Of a stretch of DNA of 64,000 nucleotides, positions 1 to 9,140 are shown piece by piece (the stretch's first letter is position 1; each line of letters opens with the position of its first letter). This DNA comes from Candidatus Altiarchaeota archaeon. Lineage in GTDB: Archaea > Altiarchaeota > Altiarchaeia > IMC4 > SCGC-AAA252-I15. Where the stretch lies: NCBI GenBank assembly GCA_043800255.1, contig JAZDNF010000001.1:226438-290437 (forward strand), given 5' to 3'. The notes under the pieces are model-generated. The model worked only from the letters and a program-made list of their open reading frames with translations, did no database searches and was not told the origin of the DNA. The translations under genes and the position numbers were made by a program.

Positions 1-1
1 T

Positions 2-997
2 CAGATACAACATTGCCTTGTCGTTCCGTTCCTGCTCTCCCTTCTCAAGTTCTCTTGACCCCCAGTCTATGTCCTGCTGGGGTGATACCCATTCGCCGGA
101 TTCGAAGGTTGCCGCCAGCTCGAGAGGTTCGATTCTGTCTCCTGTTCCAACTTCGGGGGCCTGTTTTTCCGCGTTCATGGTTTTCCTGATGTACTCCAGC
201 AGCTCGGATGTCTTCCTGGCGTCTGAGGCGTCCAGCTTTTTTATCCTGTCCTTAAGCTCTCCTTTACTGCCTGCTGATAGCAGGTCAACCGTCTGCTTGA
301 TTCCTCTTTCGCACTCGTCTGCCATATTGTGCGATGATCCGACCACTATCTCAAAGTGCCTGCCGGGCGTCGGCCCAATATGCACTATCTTCTCCTCGTC
401 CGGGATGATGATTCCTGATTTCATGTCTCCTGATGTCACTGCCATCTGTATGGCCAGCTTGTCTCTGATGCCCTTCAGCCTTTCCACCGCCTCGCTTGTG
501 AGGCTTTCATCCTCTCTCGTTTTGAGCATGAAGAGGTTGCCATGCGCCGACCTGGCGACATACAGTGAGTCGTTGTCGCTCCATGCTAGTTTCATGGGGT
601 TGGTGTACTCTACAGCCTTCATGGCTGTGATCTCCCGGGGGTACACCTCGTCAGGGTCGTACACGTGGGTGGCGTCATGCGTCACATCAGACTCGGACAC
701 TTTCCCGAAGAAGTCCTTTTGGTACTTGTACGCTTGCGGGACTCTCTTGACGTTGAGCTTTTTCAGACCCTCAGCAGTCTGCGTCACGATAATCCCCTCA
801 TCAGGGATTTCAAGTTTCTTCAAGTCTTTCCCAACATCCTCTGAACCGGTGACCTCCCATACGCCTGGGAACCTGTCATTATCCCAGAGCATCTTAACGG
901 TTTCATCTTCTCTGAAGTATTTTGTCAGCTCCTTCTCCTCGAGCCCCTTATCGGTCCGCCTTATGAGGTAGCTTTTGCCTTCCTTTAATCTCACCAT
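2..997 (-). CDS. hypothetical protein, 3'-partial (runs off the window edge)
   Basis: Not in the ORF track. Manual translation from the ATG at 997 (MVRLKEGKSYLIRRTDKGLEEKEL...) stays open to the window start, and the ATG is 4 nt after the stop of the upstream gene. The + strand ORF 18..971 is its shadow. Confidence 0.8.
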   Translation of the reverse strand, partial: MVRLKEGKSYLIRRTDKGLEEKELTKYFREDETVKMLWDNDRFPGVWEVTGSEDVGKDLKKLEIPDEGIIVTQTAEGLKKLNVKRVPQAYKYQKDFFGKVSESDVTHDATHVYDPDEVYPREITAMKAVEYTNPMKLAWSDNDSLYVARSAHGNLFMLKTREDESLTSEAVERLKGIRDKLAIQMAVTSGDMKSGIIIPDEEKIVHIGPTPGRHFEIVVGSSHNMADECERGIKQTVDLLSAGSKGELKDRIKKLDASDARKTSELLEYIRKTMNAEKQAPEVGTGDRIEPLELAATFESGEWVSPQQDIDWGSRELEKGEQERNDKAMLYL

Positions 998-1001
998 TGT
1001 C

Positions 1002-2969
1002 CTACCTAGCCTTCAATAGCAGTTCCTCCATAGTTGTCGGCCTGCCGGAATCATACAACATTCCAACCTCTTCGTTTCCCCACTCGACCGTGAAATGGAC
1101 TTTTCCGTCTCTGATTTTGGCTTTCACGTCGTTGATGCTGCTCGGCTCTGAAGGCGCTGCTAATCTTCCGCCGACCATCTCCGAAATCTGCTGGCCTATG
1201 GCGTCTTTCGCGCCTGTGGAGCATGACGCCAGCACTATCGCAGGATTGTCTGTGAGGAATTTTCTGCTCTTCCTGACACCTGGGCCTGCAAGGTCTCCGA
1301 TCAGTATCTGGTTCCAAGCCTTCCCGTTGGCCTTCTCATCGTCTGTCTCATCCTTTCTGTCCCCTTCCACTTCGCCGCCGCCCAGGTTTATGCTGGTCTC
1401 CGTGCCGTGCCCTCCGAGGATGAGGCCGCTCACCAGCCCGTATTTTTCCGTAATCCTGCTCACCCGCTTCGCGAATTCGAATTTGCTCCCGACTTCGGTT
1501 ATGATGACATTATGTCTCTTTGACAACTCATCGGTCCAGTGTTTGCTGTTCCCGTAGAATGCTCCGTTGTGGTCGTCTCTTGGGAGTGCTATCATAATCA
1601 GCGGCCGGTCGTCTTTCACCCCGATCCTGTCATACAATCTCACCAGGGTGTCCACAGTGTACCTGCCTGGAGCAGCTATCCCAAACTCCTTGTACAACGC
1701 CTTGGTCGCGCCCTTCCTCTTCGCCTCAAGCTTCTGAATCCTCTCTATGTTATCCATGTAGGCGTTCCCTGAACCCCCTTTTTTGCTCCTATACCACTCC
1801 TTTAACGCCAACTCAGGGTCTATTGCATCTCCAACTTCCCATTTCAGGTGCCTGATGAGCGGGTCCTTAGCGCCCGGAACCTCGTCCTGGCACTGCAATA
1901 ACACGCCGGAGCCGTACAGTAAGCCCAGTGCATCTTCAAAGCCGTCCTCTATCCGCCGTACGTTCCTCCCCACAGTGTCAACGCACGCTTTCCTCAGCTT
2001 CGCCCACCCCGGTTCTTTCCTGTGGAGGACGATTGAGATGAAATCCAGGTTGCCTGTTAGCCTCTCATCATCCCATGTCCTGTTCAGGAACGGTAGGTTG
2101 TCTACAAGCCATCCCTCCAGTTTCGGGCTTTTAGGTTTGACTAGCTTGTTGATTGTGTTCTTTATCCCATGAACAAGGTCATCTTGGTTTTTCTCGTCCT
2201 TGAACCCTTCCCCCATGACGTCCAAGACTTTCTGGATTTTTTTGTCATCGCATCCAAATGCTGCTGATACAATAGCCTCGGCGTATGAGCCTCCCTGGTC
2301 CATCCCCTTTTTTTGCAGCATCCCATCCCTCAGCATGTCCAGGTTTTTTATGAAGGTTTTCTGTATTCTCCCAGCCAATTTTTTGGGCACTGTTTTCTCA
2401 TCACTGTTTAATGCTTTGCCAAGCAGGTAATCCAATGCGTCAACGCATGCCTCCTCGTTTTCTTTCACTTTCAGGCCGGCCTCCAACTGGTCCATATTTT
2501 TCACCAGAGCCTGTCTCGCTGCAGTGTAAACTGGAGCCCATTTTTTCTCGCCCCAGTGCTCAGACCCGCTCAACTCACAAAGGCAGTATATGGCGTGCGT
2601 CCTGCTTGCATCATGTTTGAGTCCATCCCCCAGCAGCTCAATCGCATCCTTGCTTTTCCCAGGATTCTTTTTCGCATATTCGTCGAGAACATAGGATACT
2701 CCGTACTCCAGTTTAGGGTCTCTCATAGCCTCCTTGAGCAGCGGGAACCCGACCTTTCCGCCGTCTTTTCGCAATAGTTTTGATATCTCCCCGACAGTTT
2801 CCAATCGCAGTTCCCTGTCTCCAAGCTGGGGGATAAGGTCTCTGAACATGCCTTCCAATGTTTTTTCAGTTGAGAACCAGAAGACCTTCTCAGGATTTAT
2901 GAGTTTGGCAGGCTGCGGCAGCTCCCTCATGTCAGGCCCCGCCTTCACAGTCTGGAGCGTCTTAGGCAT
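1002..2969 (-). CDS. helical N-terminal region plus C-terminal caspase-like (clan CD/DUF4347-like) putative cysteine peptidase domain
   Basis: 655-aa ORF with motifs DDHNGAF, LILGGHG and IVLASCSTG, i.e. His-Gly and Ser-Cys each after a hydrophobic strand. Confidence 0.55.
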   Translation of the reverse strand: MPKTLQTVKAGPDMRELPQPAKLINPEKVFWFSTEKTLEGMFRDLIPQLGDRELRLETVGEISKLLRKDGGKVGFPLLKEAMRDPKLEYGVSYVLDEYAKKNPGKSKDAIELLGDGLKHDASRTHAIYCLCELSGSEHWGEKKWAPVYTAARQALVKNMDQLEAGLKVKENEEACVDALDYLLGKALNSDEKTVPKKLAGRIQKTFIKNLDMLRDGMLQKKGMDQGGSYAEAIVSAAFGCDDKKIQKVLDVMGEGFKDEKNQDDLVHGIKNTINKLVKPKSPKLEGWLVDNLPFLNRTWDDERLTGNLDFISIVLHRKEPGWAKLRKACVDTVGRNVRRIEDGFEDALGLLYGSGVLLQCQDEVPGAKDPLIRHLKWEVGDAIDPELALKEWYRSKKGGSGNAYMDNIERIQKLEAKRKGATKALYKEFGIAAPGRYTVDTLVRLYDRIGVKDDRPLIMIALPRDDHNGAFYGNSKHWTDELSKRHNVIITEVGSKFEFAKRVSRITEKYGLVSGLILGGHGTETSINLGGGEVEGDRKDETDDEKANGKAWNQILIGDLAGPGVRKSRKFLTDNPAIVLASCSTGAKDAIGQQISEMVGGRLAAPSEPSSINDVKAKIRDGKVHFTVEWGNEEVGMLYDSGRPTTMEELLLKAR

Positions 2970-3036
2970 GGTTAATATTACCGCAGTACATGAAGAAAAA
3001 CGGTTATTTTTCTCTCTTCTGTGTTATACTAATATA

Positions 3037-3777
3037 ATGTTAAAGCAGCGTAGCGGAGGGCGGCGGCAGGAGTTCCCGGATATTGTTGAAGGAGGGCGTT
3101 TGGACCCTGCTCTGGTTTCTGAGGCATTGGAAGCTATCGGCGACTCAGGCAATCCTCCCATCGTATCAGACAGTCTGAGGCTTGTGAAGAGGCTGCCTGA
3201 TAGTGGATTGGCTGTCAAGTACTCTATGGGAGAAATCAGGGAACCGGGGGCTGACATGTTCGGCAGGCATCTTAGGGCGCATCTGTTGGACAAATATTTT
3301 GTCCTCTCAGGCAAGTACAGGAGAGAGCATGTTCCAGAGCCGGCTGGTTTTTTCGATTCTGAGCTCTCCGGCAAGCCGGTTTCAGGTTACGCGTACCCCT
3401 TTACAGAAGGTAAGGCTAACTTTGACACCGTGTTCGTCGATTATGTCGATGGGAGGCGTGTTGACTTTCACAGGACGGTCGACGAGTGGGGCGAGTTTCA
3501 GAACCTGATGAAAGATGCAGGCTTCGATTTCAGCTCCAGGAACTTCGACAAGGGCGCGTGGGCCGGCGGCGTCCCCTACTATGAGGATATCGTATATTTC
3601 GGCCGGCAGACGGAGGAGAAGTTCTCCAGTGAGTGGGCTGTGTTCGACTTCTGCAAAGACCATGTGAGATTCTCAGAGCCCAAGTTCGACGAGTTCCTAG
3701 GAAAAAACGAAGCCGCCCTGCGGGAAAGGCTAGGAGACCGCGACTTCCAACGGCTTAAGCACCCAAAAAACCGTTAA
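3037..3777 (+). CDS. hypothetical protein, possible kinase-like fold
   Basis: ATG at 3037 follows an AT-rich promoter region. LAVKY, VPEP and terminal VFDF elements only weakly suggest a kinase-like fold. Confidence 0.5.
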   Translation: MLKQRSGGRRQEFPDIVEGGRLDPALVSEALEAIGDSGNPPIVSDSLRLVKRLPDSGLAVKYSMGEIREPGADMFGRHLRAHLLDKYFVLSGKYRREHVPEPAGFFDSELSGKPVSGYAYPFTEGKANFDTVFVDYVDGRRVDFHRTVDEWGEFQNLMKDAGFDFSSRNFDKGAWAGGVPYYEDIVYFGRQTEEKFSSEWAVFDFCKDHVRFSEPKFDEFLGKNEAALRERLGDRDFQRLKHPKNR

Positions 3778-3806
3778 CCTTTTTCTGCTCGGCGGGAAAT
3801 AGGTAT

Positions 3807-4325
3807 ATGGTGAAAACATACGAGAACTTTCCGGTTTGGATGGTGCTGGTGACCAACGCAGTCGCACTGTCAGTCTACGCTTTGGGGGCGGCCATCCTCT
3901 ACGGGTTCGGAACCGGGATTGTCGTACTATACCTGCTGTACTGCCTCTGGGTTGAGACCAGGGTTATGCGGATGAGCTGCGCATGCTGCTACTATTATGG
4001 GAAGACATGCGGCAGCGGGAAAGGCAGACTATGCGCCCTCCTATTCAAGAAATCCGACCCCAAAAGATTCCTAGAAAAGGATATAACCTTCAAAGACCTG
4101 CTCCCAGATTTCATGGTTTCCCTACTACCCCTTGTCGGGGGCTTGACGCTGCTGGCAGCAGGCTTCACCTGGAGCATCCTGGCGCTTATGACTGCGCTGG
4201 CGCTGCTCGCATTCCCCGGAAGCGCGGTAATGAGGGGCCGGATTATGTGCAAATATTGCAGGCAGAGGGAGATTGGCTGTCCAGCCCAGAAGCTCTTCCA
4301 GAAAAAAGAAGCAAACACTATCTGA
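3807..4325 (+). CDS. Cys-motif membrane protein (about 4 TM)
   Basis: Hydrophobic segments plus CACCYYYGKTC and CKYCRQREIGCP motifs. Confidence 0.7.
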   Translation: MVKTYENFPVWMVLVTNAVALSVYALGAAILYGFGTGIVVLYLLYCLWVETRVMRMSCACCYYYGKTCGSGKGRLCALLFKKSDPKRFLEKDITFKDLLPDFMVSLLPLVGGLTLLAAGFTWSILALMTALALLAFPGSAVMRGRIMCKYCRQREIGCPAQKLFQKKEANTI

Positions 4326-4335
4326 ACCAACTAAA

Positions 4336-4700
4336 ATGACTCAAACGGAGAGGGTGTTGTCGGAGAAGGGCAAGCTGCGGCTTCTATCCAACCCAGAAGG
4401 CAGCTTCCTCGAGCTGCAGGTGAAAGACTTCGAGGATTCCGGAGCGAAGACCCCCTAAAGAGGATGGAAGAGCTCGTCGCAGACAAAGAATACCATCGGA
4501 TGGCAGATGGAATATTCTACAACTTAGTAAGAAAAGGCTGCAAGATAGGAGACCAAGACCCGACAACACAGAAGGCCACTGAGCTTGGGCTGAGCATCAT
4601 AGACGCCTTCAGAGTTGAGCGGGGAGACACGCTCCTGGAGAGAATCCTGCCTGGAGAGCTTCTGAAGAAATCCCAAGAGAAGAAGTTGGCAAGTACCTGA
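4336..4700 (+). CDS. small hypothetical ORF(s) 4336..4458 and 4464..4700, possibly one frameshifted gene
   Basis: Two consecutive short ORFs in different frames, separated at a C5 run. Confidence 0.35.
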
Positions 4701-4756
4701 GTGTGACCGAAGTCTAATAGGCAGGGAAAAACCGCTAGCATGCCCTCCTTCTCAAG

Positions 4757-5064
4757 TTAGGGCTTCCGGAATAGGTTAGCCCTGCTGAACATGACTTTCA
4801 AATTCCCCCCGGCTTCAAGCCGGCTTTGACAGCATTTTCGACGCTGGCATTATAATCTGCTGGCGTAACATGACGTTTGGGCTCGACCATCTCGGCCAGC
4901 GCGAAGGTGAATGTCCCAGAACCGCATCCTAGGTCCAAGATGCTATCCCCCTTCCCGATGTAATCCCCGAAGATACTCCTCGGATTGTGCACCAGCCGCC
5001 GAAAAAAATTATCAAAGAGGATATGGTGAGGCCAACCGTAACTCTCAGCTGTCACGTTAAGCAC
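4757..5064 (-). pseudogene. class I SAM methyltransferase remnant (internal deletion plus frameshift)
   Basis: The ILDLGCGSG SAM motif is followed almost immediately by the C-terminal-type VEPKRHV segment. The tail KVMFSRANLFRKP* lies in another frame. Confidence 0.65.
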
Positions 5065-5067
5065 CAG

Positions 5068-5424
5068 TCAATGTAACTTGTCGATCCTGTTGGTTAGGCT
5101 CTGCGACAAAAATTTTCTAACGGCCTCGTCAACGGTTTTCTCCTCCGTCACAATTGCTAGTATGTTATTCCTCATCAGGTCCTCGTATATCCGGCGGCCC
5201 ATGCCGAAACTTATCACCGCGTCGCAGTCTCTTATGTTGTTTATCATAGTGGAATGATCGCAGCTTCCGCACTCGCCGGAGCTCTTCCCGCGGTTCTCTC
5301 TGTATTCCTCGCTGATGACTTTATCTTCCAGGATTTCGAAAACCTTGAAACCTAATGCCCTCCCAAAATGATGTGATATGCTGGTTCTGTCATCTGATGC
5401 TACGGCTACTTTCAAACGAATCAC
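5068..5424 (-). CDS. NifB/NifX family (dinitrogenase FeMo-cofactor-binding domain) protein
   Basis: KVAVAS...ISHHFGRA..F and CDAVISFGMG motifs. Confidence 0.85.
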   Translation of the reverse strand: MIRLKVAVASDDRTSISHHFGRALGFKVFEILEDKVISEEYRENRGKSSGECGSCDHSTMINNIRDCDAVISFGMGRRIYEDLMRNNILAIVTEEKTVDEAVRKFLSQSLTNRIDKLH

Positions 5425-5428
5425 CTCG

Positions 5429-5728
5429 TCAATGTTTTTTTATCCGGAACGTCCCGCCTTCGATTCTGACAGCTTTGCCGTTTACGATGGCATCGGAGAT
5501 TCTTCTCCTCGCTGAGGTAACCAGACGATGGAATGTCGGCTGTGAAATGCCCATCCTCTTAGCACACTTGTCCTGTTTCAGACCCAGACGGTCTTTAAGC
5601 CTCATAGCCTCGAACTCGTCGACGGTCAGCGTGGACTCCTCAAGGTCGACCAGCCTGATTCCCGCGGGCTTGAAGTAGGTTACGTCAGGTTCGCATTCAA
5701 CCCGTCTGCAGAGTCTCGGGCGCGGCAT
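5429..5728 (-). CDS. DUF134 family HTH DNA-binding protein
   Basis: MPRPRLCRRV...YFKPAG...DEFEAMRLKD...MGISQPTF...DAIVNGKAVRIEGG. Confidence 0.9.
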   Translation of the reverse strand: MPRPRLCRRVECEPDVTYFKPAGIRLVDLEESTLTVDEFEAMRLKDRLGLKQDKCAKRMGISQPTFHRLVTSARRRISDAIVNGKAVRIEGGTFRIKKH

Positions 5729-5741
5729 AGTGCTCCGTAAT

Positions 5742-5763
5742 ATTATGAATATATATTCATAAT
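5742..5763. promoter_or_regulatory. perfect 22-bp palindrome, candidate DUF134 operator
   Basis: ATTATGAATATATATTCATAAT equals its own reverse complement and lies 13 nt upstream of the DUF134 start. Confidence 0.6.
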
Positions 5764-5826
5764 TAGCCTATAAAAACAGAAGTTGATCTCATTCGCCGTA
5801 TCAAGGACACGTACTAGGACAACCGA

Positions 5827-6978
5827 TCAGCCCAGCGGTATGCTTATCAGATTCCAGCCGAGCGTTAGTGGCACTGTCAGGGTCTGAGAGTCTGAGGGTA
5901 TGAAGGCGTAGACCGTACTGCCGCCTGCGATGTAAATGATGCCGTCGGCAATGGCGGGGGATGTGCCCACACTGCCCGAGGTCGTATAGCTCCAGAGGAG
6001 CCCGCCGGTGCTTGCATTCAGCACATATACTATATCATCATTAGAGCCTGTGAAGACCATGCCGCCTGCGATGGCAGGGGAAGACTCCATCCAATCTCCT
6101 GTGGTGTAGTTCCATATGTGTTCGCCGGTGCTCGCATTCAAGGCGTAAGTCTTATTGTCCCGTGAGCCGACGTAGACCATGCCATATGCGACAGCTGGAG
6201 TGGATGATATACTCTCACCTGTGGTGTAGTTCCATATGTGTTCGCCGGTGCTGGCATTCAACGCATGGACTCTGAAGTCATGGGAGCTGAAGAAGACCCT
6301 GCCTTCGGAAACCGTAGGGGAAGAGTATACGGAGTTCCCAATACTATAGTTCCACATGTGTCCGCCGTCGCTGGCATTCAAAGCATAGACGGTAGGGCCT
6401 GTATTGCCTATGAAAAGGACGCCGTTAACAACGGCGGGCGGGGAAGTCACGCGCACCAAAGCACTATAATTCCAAACATGCGTGCCAGTGGTAGCGTTCA
6501 AGGCATAGAGCTTGGAATTGTACCAGGAGCCCACATATACGAAACCGTTGGCAGCGGTGGGCGGGCCCATATCGTCCCCCACAGTATAATTCCAAAGCGC
6601 CTCGCCGGTGCTAGCATTCAAGGCAAAGGTTATATTATTTTCCGAGCTGGCGTAGACCACGCCGCCAACAACAGCGGGGGAAGCGTCAACAGAATCTCCT
6701 GCAGTATAATTCCAGACTTGCAACCCTGTGCCGGCATTCAACGCATAAAGTCTGTTATCATTGGAGCCTATGAAGACCACGCCGCCAACAACCGCCGGCG
6801 AAGAGCTGACCCAACCTCCAGTAGGATAACTCCAGCTTAATGCGAATGCCGTGGCATTAATCTGGTCGCCCGAATAGCCGGTGTGGTTCAAGTCGTGCAT
6901 GAACATCGGCCAGTCGGAAGCGTAAACGGTGCCGGAGAACAAGAACAAAAGCCCTGCTAGAGCCGACCAAGCTCTCAT
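5827..6978 (-). CDS. secreted PQQ-like (BamB-type) beta-propeller protein with C-terminal GWNLISIPLG
   Basis: Signal peptide, WPMF..D..HTG start, and about 8 repeats of SSPAV..G.V..GS.D..YALNA.TG...WNY. Confidence 0.9.
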   Translation of the reverse strand: MRAWSALAGLLFLFSGTVYASDWPMFMHDLNHTGYSGDQINATAFALSWSYPTGGWVSSSPAVVGGVVFIGSNDNRLYALNAGTGLQVWNYTAGDSVDASPAVVGGVVYASSENNITFALNASTGEALWNYTVGDDMGPPTAANGFVYVGSWYNSKLYALNATTGTHVWNYSALVRVTSPPAVVNGVLFIGNTGPTVYALNASDGGHMWNYSIGNSVYSSPTVSEGRVFFSSHDFRVHALNASTGEHIWNYTTGESISSTPAVAYGMVYVGSRDNKTYALNASTGEHIWNYTTGDWMESSPAIAGGMVFTGSNDDIVYVLNASTGGLLWSYTTSGSVGTSPAIADGIIYIAGGSTVYAFIPSDSQTLTVPLTLGWNLISIPLG

Positions 6979-7009
6979 AATTGAATATACGATACAGTAT
7001 AAAAGAACA

Positions 7010-7444
7010 TCAGCCCAGCGGCATGCTGACGAGGTTCCAGCCTATTGTGAGGGAGATTCCGAGGTCAGTTGAGCTTGGGTTGTCGTATGCTGTTATGCCT
7101 CCTTCATACGACTCGAAGGCTCCCTCCGGGACTAGGTACACCTCTTGGCTGTCCTCCTCGCCAATACCGCCTATCTCCTCAGAGTATATGTTAGCTTGCA
7201 GCCGGTATCCTCCTTCACTGTTGCTAACTGCTGATGTATGTGAGCTGGCTGTTATTCCCGCATCGGTGCCGTTCTCACCTGTTTGTGCCGAACCAGTTGT
7301 CGGCGTTACGAGGTTGGCATCATACTCTGATTCACTGCCGAAGTAACCTGCTACTCTCTTAGCTATGCCAGTCTGCACGATAAGGGCGAGCGTGAGGGCT
7401 GTTATCAGCAGCAGGTATGCTTTCTCCTTCTTTCTGCTGTCCAT
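7010..7444 (-). CDS. small secreted/anchored protein with C-terminal GWNLVSMPLG
   Basis: N-terminal basic plus hydrophobic segment, Gly/Ser/Thr/acidic body, and the shared terminal motif. Confidence 0.75.
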   Translation of the reverse strand: MDSRKKEKAYLLLITALTLALIVQTGIAKRVAGYFGSESEYDANLVTPTTGSAQTGENGTDAGITASSHTSAVSNSEGGYRLQANIYSEEIGGIGEEDSQEVYLVPEGAFESYEGGITAYDNPSSTDLGISLTIGWNLVSMPLG

Positions 7445-7447
7445 CGT

Positions 7448-8995
7448 TTATACGGTGAACATTATTATGTCGCCCGCGGGGTTGTTGTCTCCGTAGGTTA
7501 CGTCTGCGGCAGCGTATGCTGTCGAGTTCGTGTCAATCTCCACTTTGAGCCTATACCTAGTGTCCTCCCTCAGTTTCAGCTCTTTCGTCGCTCCCAGCGC
7601 GAAATTGAACACGCCGCTGCTTATCGAATTGTTGTAAGTGTTCTGCCACAGTTGTGTGCCGCTTGAGGACAGGACTGTAACCTGTATGCTACCGTTCTGG
7701 ACTGCAGTCCCAGTTGCTGATTCAGTGAGCTTGCCCTGAACTGTCAGCACGACAGGCTGGGCATTGTACATGCTGCTGTATATTCTGTGCGTTTCCCTGT
7801 TCGCCAGGCTGCTGACACCATAGTAGACATCGAGGTTGGATCCTGACAGGAGCGCGCCGAGGGCTATGTCCGACACCCCATCATCGTTGAGGTCGCCTGT
7901 CGAGTCAACAGCATAGTTAATCTGCGTATGGTCAAACGTAACATCGCTCGTTCCATCAAACGACGAGCTTCCGTAGTATACGTACGCGTCGACTGCGGTC
8001 GATCCGACTGTCACAATCAGGTCGTCTATGCCGTCGCCGTTGACGTCTCCTCCGTTGGACAGGGCCTCCCCATAGTAGTTGTCCGAATGGTCGGATATTG
8101 TAAGGTCGCTTGTTCCGTCTAATGCCGTTCCTCCATAATAGACATAGACCAGCCCCGGGTTCCTTATGGTGGACGACCCTATGACGAGGTCGTCTGCGCT
8201 GTCGTCGTTGAGGTCGCCTCCGCATGCTATGGACTTCCCGAAGTATGATGTTGCCGTGTGGTCTGTGATGTTGACATCGCTTACGTTGTCAAATGATGAG
8301 CCGCCGTAGTAGACGTATGCTTTCTTGTCGTTGTAGGAGCCTACAGCGAGGTCGTCCGATCCATCGGAATTTAGGTCGCAGCACGCCTGCGCCCAGCCGA
8401 AGTATCTTTCACTGACGTGCTCGTCTACTGTCACATCCACTGTAGAATCAAGTGTCGAATTCCCATAGTAGATGTACGTCTTGTTGTCGTAGAATGCTGC
8501 TCCAAGCGCTAAGTCCTTGTAACCATCGTTGTTGAGGTCGCATACTGATATGCTGTATATGTTGTTCGGTGCGGTAATGGTTAAGTCGCTTGCAGTGTCA
8601 AATTCTGGGTTTCCGAGATACACATACGTCCTGTTCGATGTTGATGCGACAACCGCAAGATCGTCTATGCCGTCGCCATTGAGGTCTCCGACCCCTACAG
8701 CGTATCCGAAGTACGCCTGGTCTGTGTGGTCTGATATGATAGCGTCTGAGCTGTTGTCAAAGTCGGCACCTCCGTAGTATACTAAGACGGTCCTGTTAGG
8801 ATACGCCGCGCCAACTACCAGGTCTTTTATACCGTCGCCGTTCAAATCGCCTCTAGTGTTCACCGACTCCGGGTCTGAAGCGAAGCCGCTCCGTCCGGGA
8901 GTTATTATGACATCCCGTGCGGGATCCAGTTGCAGGGCAATAACGCAAAAACCTGTTAGCAGAAGTCCGAGTGTAATAAGGAGTTCCTTTTTCAT
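7448..8995 (-). CDS. secreted FG-GAP (integrin-alpha-like) repeat protein with extra C-terminal domain
   Basis: Seven GDLN.DG..DL.VG Ca-binding repeats and a signal peptide. Confidence 0.9.
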   Translation of the reverse strand: MKKELLITLGLLLTGFCVIALQLDPARDVIITPGRSGFASDPESVNTRGDLNGDGIKDLVVGAAYPNRTVLVYYGGADFDNSSDAIISDHTDQAYFGYAVGVGDLNGDGIDDLAVVASTSNRTYVYLGNPEFDTASDLTITAPNNIYSISVCDLNNDGYKDLALGAAFYDNKTYIYYGNSTLDSTVDVTVDEHVSERYFGWAQACCDLNSDGSDDLAVGSYNDKKAYVYYGGSSFDNVSDVNITDHTATSYFGKSIACGGDLNDDSADDLVIGSSTIRNPGLVYVYYGGTALDGTSDLTISDHSDNYYGEALSNGGDVNGDGIDDLIVTVGSTAVDAYVYYGSSSFDGTSDVTFDHTQINYAVDSTGDLNDDGVSDIALGALLSGSNLDVYYGVSSLANRETHRIYSSMYNAQPVVLTVQGKLTESATGTAVQNGSIQVTVLSSSGTQLWQNTYNNSISSGVFNFALGATKELKLREDTRYRLKVEIDTNSTAYAAADVTYGDNNPAGDIIMFTV

Positions 8996-9140
8996 CTTGA
9001 TTAGATATTGTTACCGCTATTTATATCATCTAATCCTCTCCTACTGACGTTCCTAGTTTGACTGGCTTTCTCAGACGAGCTGATAATCTCCCAGTACATA
9101 CCTCGTATGTTCAAATCCATTCGGGGCTTTAAACTTTTTC

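Noticed and set aside
18-971. 317-aa + strand ORF
   Set aside because: Ser/Phe-rich antisense shadow of the real - strand gene starting at 997.
2734-3036. N-terminal extension of ORF 2734..3777
   Set aside because: It overlaps the divergent gene and its promoter. The ATG at 3037 is more plausible.
4336-4700. Programmed frameshift at ACCCCCTAAAG joining two small ORFs
   Set aside because: There is no recognisable family or canonical slippery heptamer, and it cannot be distinguished from decay or sequencing error.
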